Below the pieces are notes generated by a model. That model had not been told where the DNA came from and ran no database searches. It saw nothing but the letters and a program-made list of their open reading frames with translations. DNA of 62,494 nt from an uncultured Anaerolinea sp. Lineage in GTDB: Bacteria; Chloroflexota; Anaerolineae; Anaerolineales; Villigracilaceae. Below, in pieces: positions 1 through 9,164 of the stretch (within the stretch, counting starts at the first letter, position 1; each line of letters opens with the position of its first letter). The stretch spans positions 4,353-66,846 of the forward strand of contig CAZQES010000001.1 in the NCBI GenBank assembly GCA_964591425.1, written 5' to 3'. The position numbers were made by a program, and so were the translations under genes.

Positions 1-25
1 ATTCAACTTTCAAGGAGGCTCCTCT

Positions 26-769
26 ATGGCTCAAGAACCAAAAGACGTTCTCGTTCGCATGCATGAAGAACTTGAGCGTGCGCTTCAAAAGGCGCCCGCG
101 GAACGCCGCTGGGTAATGGTGATCGACCTGCGCAAATGCGTTGGGTGCCATGCCTGTACGATTGCGTGTGTGGCTGAGAACAAGTTACCGCCGGGGGTGG
201 TGTACCGCCCCGTCGTGGAACAGGAACGCGGGACGTACCCGAATGTGACCCGTTCCTTCCTGCCTCGTCCGTGTATGCAGTGCGATAACCCGCCCTGTGT
301 GCCGGTCTGCCCTGTGACCGCGACCTATAAAAATGAAGAAGGTGTGGTGGTGGTGGATTACGACCAGTGCATCGGCTGCCGCGCCTGTCTCGTGGCGTGT
401 CCGTACGGCGCACGCACCTCGGACTTTGGATATACCTATACCGAGGAATTGCCCGTATTGGATGGTGCGATTGTGGGGCGTGAGACCGCGGACGATTATG
501 AAGTTGCCGCGAATTACGAATATGGACGGGAATGGGCGCGCACCAGCAATTCCTCCCCGATCGGCAATGCGCGCAAGTGTCACTTCTGCCTGCACCGCGT
601 GAAGGCCGGTGAACTGCCCGCTTGTGTCACCACCTGTATCGGGCGCGCCACACTGTACGGCGATGCGAATGACCCGGACAGCCTGGTATCCGAAAAGATC
701 AAACTACCGAACGTGCTCCGTCTCAAGGAAGAACTTGGCACCGAGCCGCGCGTGTACTATCTGGTGTAG
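26..769 (+). CDS. 4Fe-4S dicluster electron-transfer subunit (TtrB/SrdB/NrfC-like)
   Basis: Four Cys clusters ([46 protein letters not shown]); C-terminal GTEPRVYYL; RBS GGAGG upstream. Confidence 0.92.
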   Translation: MAQEPKDVLVRMHEELERALQKAPAERRWVMVIDLRKCVGCHACTIACVAENKLPPGVVYRPVVEQERGTYPNVTRSFLPRPCMQCDNPPCVPVCPVTATYKNEEGVVVVDYDQCIGCRACLVACPYGARTSDFGYTYTEELPVLDGAIVGRETADDYEVAANYEYGREWARTSNSSPIGNARKCHFCLHRVKAGELPACVTTCIGRATLYGDANDPDSLVSEKIKLPNVLRLKEELGTEPRVYYLV

Positions 770-778
770 GAGGACAAC

Positions 779-2002
779 ATGGCTAAGAAACAAGAAACAA
801 AAAATGTCAGCCCCGCCAAGAAACTCTTCGACTTCAAGACCATGACTAAGACTGAAAAGACCGTGATCGCGATCGGCGCGGTGACCTTCCTGCTTGGGGT
901 CTGGGGACTTTATACCCGCCTGTTCGTGGGCGAACGCGAGGTTGGGTACGGCTCCTATGTCGTCTGGGGTCTGTGGGTTTCGATGTATCTCTTCCTGGCG
1001 GGCGTCGCTACAGGTTCGTACATGCTCGCCGCGCTGGAATATCTCTTCAGTGTGCCCATGTTCAAAGGGACGGGCAAAGCCGCACTCTGGGCGGGACTCG
1101 TCACCATGCCGGCGGCGCTTGCCTCCATCGGCATGGACTTGGGACACATGGAACGCATCATCAATGTGTATCTACGACCCAACTTCTTCTCGCTCCTGGC
1201 GCAGATGGTTTGGGGATACACCATTTTCCTTTTGATCGTTGCCGTCACACTCTGGCTGGCTTTCAAACACAAGGAAGGCGAAGCCTCAAGTGGATTCTTC
1301 AAGTTCGTACTGTGGATCGGCTTTTTCATGGCGATCTTCCTGAGCGGCGGTGTGGGCGCTTTGCTCGGCGTGAATGCCAGTCGCCCGTATTGGAGCGTTG
1401 GTCTGCTCTCGGTGCAATTTCCGATCTTTGCCTTCGCATCGGGCGTCTCGATCATGCTGATCGTCGTGGGCTGGTTCATGCACTTCAAGGATGAAGTGCA
1501 GCGCTTCCATCTCTTCCGCTGGTTGGGCTGGGTGGCGATTGCCCTTTCCCTGGCGAAGATCTACATCCTCTGGGCGTATCTCTCGCAAGCCTGGTACAGC
1601 CAGGTCCCCGATGTGATGGTTCCGTTGAATGAGATCCTGTTCGGTCGCTATTGGTGGTCGTTCTGGATCATCCAGATCGCCATCGGCACGGTCATCCCGC
1701 TGGTCTTGCACATGATCCCCAAACTGGCGCATGATGGCTTCTGGGCAGGCGCGATTGGCGTAATGGTGCTGGTCGGCTTTGCCGCTGCGCGCGCCAACAT
1801 CGTCTTCCCTGCCATGTCAGTGGAAATGTTGGATGGACTTCCCAACGCATTCTTCGGACCCCATTTGAACATTCTGTATTTCCCAAGCAACCTGGAATGG
1901 TCTGTCACGCTGGGCGTGATCGGCGCGGCAGTCCTGGCTTTTGTATTGGGCGCCCAATTCTTATCTGTCTTCAATAAGCCCAACACGGAGGTGAAGCAAT
2001 GA
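779..2002 (+). CDS. nrfD: NrfD/PsrC/TtrC-family membrane anchor (quinol-oxidising subunit)
   Basis: About 10 hydrophobic segments; WGLWVSMYLFLAG and DLGHMER motifs; lies between the FeS and Mo subunits. Confidence 0.9.
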   Translation: MAKKQETKNVSPAKKLFDFKTMTKTEKTVIAIGAVTFLLGVWGLYTRLFVGEREVGYGSYVVWGLWVSMYLFLAGVATGSYMLAALEYLFSVPMFKGTGKAALWAGLVTMPAALASIGMDLGHMERIINVYLRPNFFSLLAQMVWGYTIFLLIVAVTLWLAFKHKEGEASSGFFKFVLWIGFFMAIFLSGGVGALLGVNASRPYWSVGLLSVQFPIFAFASGVSIMLIVVGWFMHFKDEVQRFHLFRWLGWVAIALSLAKIYILWAYLSQAWYSQVPDVMVPLNEILFGRYWWSFWIIQIAIGTVIPLVLHMIPKLAHDGFWAGAIGVMVLVGFAAARANIVFPAMSVEMLDGLPNAFFGPHLNILYFPSNLEWSVTLGVIGAAVLAFVLGAQFLSVFNKPNTEVKQ

Positions 2003-5000
2003 ACCCCAAACAACCCATCAACTGTAAGATATCCCGCCGCGACTTTTTGAAGATCGCGGGCGCGGGCGGCGCGGCGGCGGCTTTTGTGGGCAACCTGCCG
2101 CGCGTGCAGAAAGCCTTTGCCAAAGCGGAGAATTCCTCCTACTATTTGACCAACCCCACCATGCAGGTGTATTCCATCTGCCAGCAATGCAACACACAAT
2201 GCGGAATCAAAGTCAAGATCGTGGATGGGGTCGCAGTCAAGATTGAAGGCAATCCCTATTCGCCATGGAATCTGGTACCGCATATCTCCTACGACACCCC
2301 GATCGCAAACATGGGCAAACTCGATGCGCCGCTCTGCCCAAAGGGACAGGCCGGCATGCAATCCGTTTACGACCCGTTCCGCATTACGCAAGTGCTCAAA
2401 CGCGCCGGGAAACGCGGCGAGAATCAATGGGTTACCATTCCATTCGAGCAGGCGATCTCGGAGATCGTCGAAGGCGGAAAATTATTCTCTGATGTACCTG
2501 GCGAAGAAAACCGTGAAGTGGAAGGTCTGCGCGCCCTGCGCGCCCTGACCGATGCGCAGGTCATGAAGGATATGAACTCCGCCATCGGCAAGATCCGCTC
2601 TGAAAAAGACATTGAAAAGAAGAAAGCATTGGTCGAGCAGTTCAAAAAGGATTTCGCCGCCGACCTGGACAAGATGATCGACCCCGAACATCCCGACTAT
2701 GGTCCAAAGAACAATCAGATCCTATACTTCTGGGGACGCAAAAAGGGTGGGCGTTCGGACATCGCGCATCGCTTCTTTGGCTCCGGACTGGGGACAACGA
2801 ATCGCCACGGTCACACCACTGTATGTCAGGGTTCGCTGTACTTCTCCGGCAAATCCATGAGCGATCAATGGGATGCCGCGACTGCCAAGTTCACCGGCGG
2901 CGCGAAAGCCTATTGGATGGGCGATACCGCCTCGGCTGATTTCGTTATCTTCGTAGGCGCGTCCCCGTTCGAGGGCAACTACGGTCCCACCAACCGCGTG
3001 CCGCGCATCACCGACCGCTATGCCACCGGCGAAATGAAATTTGCGGTGATCGATCCGCGCCTCTCCAAGATCGCAGGTAAAGCATGGAAGTGGCTGCCCA
3101 ACAAACCCGGCAGTGAAGGTGCGATTGCACTGGCGTTGATCCAGTGGGTTATTGCCAACGAACGCTACGATGGGAAGTACCTTGCTTGCGCGAACAAAGC
3201 CGCATCCGCGAAGATCAAAGAACCCACCTGGTCGAACGCTTCGTGGCTCGTGAAGATCGATCCCGAAAAAGGAACGCCCGGCAAATTCCTGCGCGGTAGC
3301 GAACTTAAACTCGTCGAGAAGAAAGAAGAAGAAGTGGACGGCAAGAAGGTTGTCACATATTTGACCGCGCCGTCCGATGGGACGGAGCCAGTTGTGTACG
3401 CGACAGACCCATTTGTCGTGTTGGACGTGGACGGGAATCCGGTGCTGTTCGACCCCAACGACCCGGAACGTCCCGTTGTGGCGGGAAAACTCTTCGTCGA
3501 GAATGTCGTGGTCGGTGAGTTCACCGTTAAGAGCAGTTTGCAAATCTTGAAAGAATCGGCGAATGTCAAGACGATGGACGAGTGGGCTGACATCTCGGGT
3601 ATCCGCGCCAAGGATTTGGAAGACCTCGCCTTCGAGTTCACCTCGCATGGCAAGAACGCCTGCGTGGATATTCATCGCGGCGTCAGCCAGCACACCAACG
3701 GTTACTACAACGTCATCTCGTGGTACAACCTCGCCCTGCTGATCGGCAACTTCGACTGGCGCGGCGGGCAGGTGTATGCCAGCACTTATGATCTGTCTGG
3801 CGCAAAAGCAGAAGGTCCCTTCCTGTTCAGCAAAGCCGACCCCGGCGCGCTCGCTCCGTTTGGTTTGAGCCTCATCCGCCATGACGCGAAGTATGAAGAA
3901 TCCACCATCTACATGAACCTGCCTGAAGACCAGCATTACCCAGCCAAGCGCAATTGGTATCCGCTGGCATCTGATGTGTACGAGGAGATCATCCCCTCCG
4001 CGGGCGACTCGTATCCGTACCCGATCAAAGCCGCCTTCATGTACATGGGTTCGCCTGTGTACTCGCTCCCGGGCGGTCACAAGTGGATCGAGATTTTGCA
4101 GGACGTGAAAAAGATCCCGCTGTTCGTTGCCAACGATATCATCGTCGGCGAGACCAGCATGTACGCAGATTACATCTTCCCAGATGTGTCTTATCTCGAA
4201 CGCTGGGAATTCGGTGGTTCGCATCCGAACATCACCTTCAAAGTACAGGGCATCCGCAATCCCGTCATCGCCCCGCTAACCGGCACGGTAAAGGTCTATG
4301 GTCAGGAAATGGCTCTGCAGTTCGAAGCCATGCTCATGGCGTTCGCGGAAAAGCTCGAACTTCCCAACTTTGGTCCCAATGGCCTCGGCGAAGGCGTGGA
4401 TTACAACCATCCCGATGACCTCTACCTGCGCATGGTAATGAACCTTGCATACGGTGAAAAGAAGGAGTGGGAAGACGCGGTCCCCGAAGCGACGCCTGAA
4501 GAGATCGACCTGTTCATCAAGTCCCGCTCGCATCTTCCCAAGGCGGTATTTGATCCGGAACGCTGGCAGAAGATCACGGGTGAGCTTTGGTCGCGCGTTG
4601 TGACGGTCATCGCCCGCGGTGGACGCTTCCAGGCATACGAGAAGGGCTACCCCGGCGACGGCGTGCGCCCCGGCTCTTTCGATGAACCGTACATCATCCC
4701 GACTGGCACAAAGTACGGCAAGCTCATCAACATGTATCTTGAAAAGAATACGGGCGTCAAACATTCCGGCACAGGCAAGGCGCTTTCCCCGATTCCAACT
4801 TATGTTGAACCATACATGGGTTTCGACGGTAATGTGATCGAAGACGGCAAAGACGGTTACGATCTCAAGTTGATCACGTACCGGGAGATCATGCAGACCA
4901 AAAGCCGCACGCAGGGCAACTACTGGCTCAAAGCGCTTCTGCCCGAAAACTTCGTGTTGATGAACAGCGCGGATGCCGAGGAACGCCGCTTGAACGATGG

Positions 5001-5334
5001 CGATAAACTCAAAATCAGTTCCGCCTCCAACCCTGAAGGTCAATGGGATTTCGGCAACGGGTACAAGCGGGACATCGTCGGCAAGGTCAAGGTTATCGAA
5101 GGGATGCGCCCGGGCGTGATCGCATTCGCCCTGGGATTCGGTCACTGGGCGTATGGCGCGATGGACATCACGATCGACGGCACGACCATCGAAGGCGACG
5201 CGCGCCGCTACGAAGGCATCCATGCTAACGCAGCCATGCGGACAGACCCCATCGTGACCAACACTTGCCTATTCGACCCCGTCGGCGGGTCGGCGGTGTT
5301 TTACGATACGCTGGTGAAGGTAGAGAAGGCGTGA
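1999..5334 (+). CDS. Tat-exported bis-MGD molybdopterin oxidoreductase catalytic subunit, tetrathionate/selenate reductase (TtrA/SrdA)-like
   Basis: Twin-arginine signal SRRDFLK; CQQCNTQC...LCPKG FeS motif; ETSMYADYIFPDVSYLERW; C-terminal MGD-binding domain; 1111 aa; B-C-A gene order. Confidence 0.88.
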   Translation: MNPKQPINCKISRRDFLKIAGAGGAAAAFVGNLPRVQKAFAKAENSSYYLTNPTMQVYSICQQCNTQCGIKVKIVDGVAVKIEGNPYSPWNLVPHISYDTPIANMGKLDAPLCPKGQAGMQSVYDPFRITQVLKRAGKRGENQWVTIPFEQAISEIVEGGKLFSDVPGEENREVEGLRALRALTDAQVMKDMNSAIGKIRSEKDIEKKKALVEQFKKDFAADLDKMIDPEHPDYGPKNNQILYFWGRKKGGRSDIAHRFFGSGLGTTNRHGHTTVCQGSLYFSGKSMSDQWDAATAKFTGGAKAYWMGDTASADFVIFVGASPFEGNYGPTNRVPRITDRYATGEMKFAVIDPRLSKIAGKAWKWLPNKPGSEGAIALALIQWVIANERYDGKYLACANKAASAKIKEPTWSNASWLVKIDPEKGTPGKFLRGSELKLVEKKEEEVDGKKVVTYLTAPSDGTEPVVYATDPFVVLDVDGNPVLFDPNDPERPVVAGKLFVENVVVGEFTVKSSLQILKESANVKTMDEWADISGIRAKDLEDLAFEFTSHGKNACVDIHRGVSQHTNGYYNVISWYNLALLIGNFDWRGGQVYASTYDLSGAKAEGPFLFSKADPGALAPFGLSLIRHDAKYEESTIYMNLPEDQHYPAKRNWYPLASDVYEEIIPSAGDSYPYPIKAAFMYMGSPVYSLPGGHKWIEILQDVKKIPLFVANDIIVGETSMYADYIFPDVSYLERWEFGGSHPNITFKVQGIRNPVIAPLTGTVKVYGQEMALQFEAMLMAFAEKLELPNFGPNGLGEGVDYNHPDDLYLRMVMNLAYGEKKEWEDAVPEATPEEIDLFIKSRSHLPKAVFDPERWQKITGELWSRVVTVIARGGRFQAYEKGYPGDGVRPGSFDEPYIIPTGTKYGKLINMYLEKNTGVKHSGTGKALSPIPTYVEPYMGFDGNVIEDGKDGYDLKLITYREIMQTKSRTQGNYWLKALLPENFVLMNSADAEERRLNDGDKLKISSASNPEGQWDFGNGYKRDIVGKVKVIEGMRPGVIAFALGFGHWAYGAMDITIDGTTIEGDARRYEGIHANAAMRTDPIVTNTCLFDPVGGSAVFYDTLVKVEKA

Positions 5335-5427
5335 TGAGGTAGACACGGAAACAGGTAGACAGGTACGTACGAAAACACGCACCTGTCTACTTGTGTAATT
5401 GTAAAAGTACTACGAAAGGACTGATCC

Positions 5428-5583
5428 ATGTTCCATCTCGGGCAAACCGAATTGATCGTTATCCTCGTTGTGGTTGTTCTGTTATTTGGCGTTGGGCGCA
5501 TCGGCAGGATCGCCTCCGAACTTGGCTCCGGCATCCGTGCTTTCAAATCTGGCTTGAGCGGCGAGGAAAACCAAACCGAATAA
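5428..5583 (+). CDS. tatA: Twin-arginine translocase TatA/E subunit (51 aa, not in the ORF track)
   Basis: Hand translation MFHLGQTELIVILVVVVLLFGVGRIGRIASELGSGIRAFKSGLSGEENQTE; LLFG hinge followed by amphipathic helix; RBS AAAGGA. Confidence 0.93.
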   Translation: MFHLGQTELIVILVVVVLLFGVGRIGRIASELGSGIRAFKSGLSGEENQTE

Positions 5584-5594
5584 GTACTGAATAA

Positions 5595-5714
5595 ATCCTC
5601 CGAAGCCTGTCTGCCTAAACATAAACCATGGCAACAGGACTGTAGCGCAAGGTTTACCCCGCGTTACCAGGTGAAAGTGGAAACACTCTCACCCCCCACG
5701 TTTGGAAAGGAGAT
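5595..5714 (+). ncRNA. Moco (molybdenum cofactor) riboswitch/RNA motif with P3 stem
   Basis: CTCCGA..CCTAA..ATGG (P2 receptor), P3 GTAGCGC/GCGTTAC, AGTG-GAAA-CACT tetraloop, 3' TTTGGAAAGGAG; upstream of the moaA operon. Confidence 0.88.
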
Positions 5715-5784
5715 GATGCTTGAACTCTTGAGGCTGTCTCTTTTCCATGAGACAGCCTCTTTTGTTTATGGAACTGTACCATGA
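5713..5784 (+). CDS. Putative 23-aa leader peptide (MMLELLRLSLFHETASFVYGTVP)
   Basis: Starts directly after the riboswitch SD, reads through the terminator; its TGA overlaps the fmdE ATG (ATGA). Confidence 0.4.
   Translation: MMLELLRLSLFHETASFVYGTVP
5730..5768 (+). terminator. Intrinsic terminator / riboswitch expression platform
   Basis: GAGGCTGTCTC-N8-GAGACAGCCTC perfect 11-bp stem followed by TTTTGTTT. Confidence 0.85.
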
Positions 5785-6386
5785 ATATTCAACCCCTGCT
5801 CGAAAAATCCTCCCGTGACCATTCCCATCTCTGCCCGCGCCAGATCCTTGGCGTGCGCATGGGGTTGTGTGGACTCAAGGCAGTAGGCTTGAAGGCGAAT
5901 CGGGGGAGTAAACGCTTGCTGGTCATCACCGAAACAGACGGTTGTTTTGCCGATGGGTTGACTGCGGCGACAGATTGCACAGTTGGGCATCGCACCTTGC
6001 GCGTGGAGGATTACGGCAAAGCGGCGGCTACCTTCGTGGATACCCAGACCGGGCTGACGATCCGTGTCGTTCCTGTCTTGGATATTCGCGAACGGGCATA
6101 TCAATACTCCCCCGATGAACCCCGTCATTATTTTGCCCAGATGAAGGCATACCAGGTCATGCCGGATGAAGAGATGTTCAATGTAACCGAAGTGCAACTC
6201 GCGGCTTCAATCGCGGAAATCGTCTCCCGCCCCGGAGTACGCGTGAATTGCGAGGTCTGCGGCGAGGAGGTCATGAACGAACGCGAGGTTCGGGAAAATG
6301 GGCGAGTTCTTTGCAAGGCGTGTGCTTCAACGGCATATTATCAACTTCCCGTATCCATGCCGATCTTTGAAAAAATTACCGCATGA
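5781..6386 (+). CDS. FmdE-family protein with C-terminal C4 zinc finger
   Basis: HSHLCP, ETDGCFADG, CTVG motifs; CEVC...CKAC. Confidence 0.9.
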   Translation: MNIQPLLEKSSRDHSHLCPRQILGVRMGLCGLKAVGLKANRGSKRLLVITETDGCFADGLTAATDCTVGHRTLRVEDYGKAAATFVDTQTGLTIRVVPVLDIRERAYQYSPDEPRHYFAQMKAYQVMPDEEMFNVTEVQLAASIAEIVSRPGVRVNCEVCGEEVMNEREVRENGRVLCKACASTAYYQLPVSMPIFEKITA

Positions 6387-7129
6387 ATATCACGCTGATG
6401 TCTTTATTGGTTTTTATTGTTGCCGCGCTATATTCCAGCGCCGGGTTTGGGGGCGCTTCGGGCTACTTGATCGTAATGAATCTATTCGGCGTGCCTGCGA
6501 ATATCATGGCAAGCACCGCCCTGCTTCTGAACATCTTTGTTTCCTCCGTCTCGTTCGCAAACTACTACAAGGCTGGTTATTTCCGTTCAGGACTGCTCAT
6601 CCCTTTTCTCATCACCTCCATTCCCACCGCCTTCATTGGTGGAAGGATCGAACTATCCAACGAGACCTACTCGATTCTTTTGAATGGTGTCCTGACCTAT
6701 CTGGCAATCCGTATGGTGTTCTTTCCAACCCTCACCGAAGCTACGAATTGGAGCCCACATCCCGTTCCCGTTTTGGCGGCGCTTGCCACCGGCGCGGGGA
6801 TCGGTCTTCTTTCCGGCATGTTGGGTATCGGCGGTGGAATCTTTCTCTCTCCGCTCATCATCTTGATGGGCTGGGGAAATTCGAAACAAGCATCGGCTTC
6901 GGCGGGTGGTTTTATTGCCATCAACTCTTTGAGCGGGTTGATCTCGCGGGTTACCCACGGAAGCTTCGTGATCGGCGGGTTTAGGATCCCCATGTTATTG
7001 GTTGGCTTGCTCGGCGCGTGGATCGGCAGTCAAATGGGAGCGGTCAAATTTTCCGCATTCGGTGTACGGCGTGCGCTGGGAGTCATTCTCGCACTTGCCG
7101 TTGGAGCGTATTGGGTGAATTTCCTATGA
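6383..7129 (+). CDS. TauE/SafE-family sulfite exporter
   Basis: Hydrophobic; GFGGASGY and GLLSGMLGIGGGIFLSP repeats. Confidence 0.9.
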   Translation: MNITLMSLLVFIVAALYSSAGFGGASGYLIVMNLFGVPANIMASTALLLNIFVSSVSFANYYKAGYFRSGLLIPFLITSIPTAFIGGRIELSNETYSILLNGVLTYLAIRMVFFPTLTEATNWSPHPVPVLAALATGAGIGLLSGMLGIGGGIFLSPLIILMGWGNSKQASASAGGFIAINSLSGLISRVTHGSFVIGGFRIPMLLVGLLGAWIGSQMGAVKFSAFGVRRALGVILALAVGAYWVNFL

Positions 7130-8118
7130 CCTTCATTGACTCGTTTGGTCGCCCCGTCACCTATCTTCGCATTTCACTCACTGATCGCTGTAATCTGCGT
7201 TGTGTCTACTGTATGCCGAAGGAGGGACTGCAATGGCAGCCGCGCGCAGATCAATTGTCGGTGGAGGAAATCGTTCGGGTGGCGGCAACAGCCGCACAGG
7301 GAGGGGTGAAGCGTGTGCGGCTCACAGGCGGCGAGCCTCTCGTGCATCCGCAGGTTGTCGAGATCGTACGCCGCATTGCATCCATCCAAAACATCGAAGA
7401 AGTCAGCCTGACCACAAATGCGATGTTGCTGGAGAAACTCGCTCAACCACTTGCCGACGCGGGACTCAAACGTGTCAACATCAGCCTCGATTCACTGGAT
7501 GCCGATAAATTCAGACGCATCACCCGTGGCGGAAAACTGCATCGCGTCTGGAACGGAATCGCCGCCGCTGAACGTGCGCATCTTGCGCCCATCAAGCTGA
7601 ATACCGTCGTCGTGCGCGGACTCAACGCCGACGAGATCCCCGCCCTCGCCCGGCTGACAATGGAGCACGAGTGGCATGTGCGTTTCATCGAGGTCATGCC
7701 CATCGGCAACGCGCAGGACTGGGGCGAAGGGTTCCCTGCCCCAAACGAGCGATATGTATCCGTACAGGAAATGCGCGATCAACTTTCAATCTTCGACCTT
7801 CAACCTTCGACAACTCCGCAAGGCAGTGGACCCGCGCGCACCTATCGCATCCCCGGCGCATTGGGGACCATCGGGTTCATTTCGCCGCTGGGTGAACACT
7901 TTTGCCAAAACTGTAACCGCCTACGATTAACATCGGATGGTAAATTGCGCGCATGTCTTGTCATGCCGAAGGAAGTCTCAGTGCGCGATGCTGTGCGAGG
8001 CGGTACGTCGCTTGAACGGTTTTTTGAACAAGCCATCGCCCAAAAGCCGGAACATCACAACATGTTGACTGCCATTCCCGTGGGTTCACAACGCGGGATG
8101 AGTCAATTAGGCGGATGA
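7126..8118 (+). CDS. moaA: GTP 3',8-cyclase MoaA
   Basis: DSFGR..YLRISLTDRCNLRCVYC; FCQNCNRLRLTSDG; C-terminal MSQLGG; start placed at ATG 7126 overlapping the tauE stop. Confidence 0.97.
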   Translation: MTFIDSFGRPVTYLRISLTDRCNLRCVYCMPKEGLQWQPRADQLSVEEIVRVAATAAQGGVKRVRLTGGEPLVHPQVVEIVRRIASIQNIEEVSLTTNAMLLEKLAQPLADAGLKRVNISLDSLDADKFRRITRGGKLHRVWNGIAAAERAHLAPIKLNTVVVRGLNADEIPALARLTMEHEWHVRFIEVMPIGNAQDWGEGFPAPNERYVSVQEMRDQLSIFDLQPSTTPQGSGPARTYRIPGALGTIGFISPLGEHFCQNCNRLRLTSDGKLRACLVMPKEVSVRDAVRGGTSLERFFEQAIAQKPEHHNMLTAIPVGSQRGMSQLGG

Positions 8119-8243
8119 GTCTCCGCTCCCCGTGAGAGCCGCAAATTTGTTGCATGAAGGGGCAGGGTGAGGGGCGATTCGGTGATATTCATCACTGGAC
8201 ATCTTTTGTCCGATTTGCTACATTCGCAGTAGAAAAGATTTCC

Positions 8244-9164
8244 ATGAAAAAACTTCTCCTTCTACTGCTCATGGTCGTACTGGCTTCCTGCGCTCCGCCA
8301 TCCGGGACAGAGGTGGCAGGGAGCGTTGATTTGAATAATCTCCAGCCCCTGCCCACACCCGAAAGTTATGCAACCGTACCGTTGCGCGTGGCGGTGGCGG
8401 CGGTCATCTCGCCCAAAGGAACGGTCGAATCTTATTCCTTGTTTTTGAAATATCTCGAAGCAAAACTTAACCGACCAATCGAACTTGTTCAACGGCGCAC
8501 CTATCTCGAAATCAACGACCTGATCGAACACGGCGAAGTGGATGTTGCCTTTGTTTGTACCAGCGCCTACGTGGAAGGACATGATACCTTCGGTATGGAA
8601 TTGCTCGCCGCGCCGCAAGTCAACGGCAAGACCGTTTACAACTCGGTCTTGATCGTGTCCACATCCAGCAAAGCCAGTACCATGTCAGATCTGCGCAATA
8701 AGGTCTTTGCCTTCACTGACCCGATCTCGTTGAGTGGCCGCGTTTATCCAACCTACCTTGTGCATCAACTTGGTTATACCCCGGAAGAGTTCTTTGCCAG
8801 CACGTTCTTCACCTACAGCCACGATGAAGCCATTCGCGCGGTGGCGAGCGGCGTGGCGGATGGAGCGGCGGTCGACTCGCTCGTTTATGAATTTGCCGTG
8901 TCGCGCGATCCTGCCCTTGCCGATCAGGTCCGTGTGATTCATCGTTCACCGGATTTTGGAATTCCGCCGGTGGTCATTAGTCCGTTTACGCGACCCCAGG
9001 TAAAAGCGGATATTCAAAAGCTCCTGTTGGGAATGTCGAATGACCCAGGTGCAAAAGACGCCCTGGCGTCCATCGGTGTGGAAGGTTTTGTGCTGATCGA
9101 TGACAGCGCCTATGATGGCGTTCGTGAATTGCTCGGCATCGTTCCCCTCCTCGAGACGCCATGA
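8244..9164 (+). CDS. PhnD/AioX-like oxyanion-binding lipoprotein (sensor accessory)
   Basis: Lipobox LASC; DVAFVCTSAY, AFTDPISLSG, HDEAIRAVASG; coupled to a histidine kinase, no ABC permease nearby. Confidence 0.85.
   Translation: MKKLLLLLLMVVLASCAPPSGTEVAGSVDLNNLQPLPTPESYATVPLRVAVAAVISPKGTVESYSLFLKYLEAKLNRPIELVQRRTYLEINDLIEHGEVDVAFVCTSAYVEGHDTFGMELLAAPQVNGKTVYNSVLIVSTSSKASTMSDLRNKVFAFTDPISLSGRVYPTYLVHQLGYTPEEFFASTFFTYSHDEAIRAVASGVADGAAVDSLVYEFAVSRDPALADQVRVIHRSPDFGIPPVVISPFTRPQVKADIQKLLLGMSNDPGAKDALASIGVEGFVLIDDSAYDGVRELLGIVPLLETP

Noticed and set aside
2722-5223. Long antisense ORFs (500 and 315 aa) opposite the molybdoenzyme, and similar shadows elsewhere
   Set aside because: Codon-bias shadows of real genes; no recognisable motifs
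1999-5337. Selenocysteine read-through in the molybdoenzyme
   Set aside because: No internal TGA; tandem TGATGA at a normal C-terminus
5339-5395. CAGGTAGA-type octamer inverted repeat after the reductase gene
   Set aside because: Probably a simple stabilising hairpin; single instance
5391-5594. 67-aa ORF in the track
   Set aside because: Wrong frame; the real gene is tatA at 5428-5583
8244-9164. Phosphonate ABC transporter
   Set aside because: No permease or ATPase; translationally coupled to a kinase
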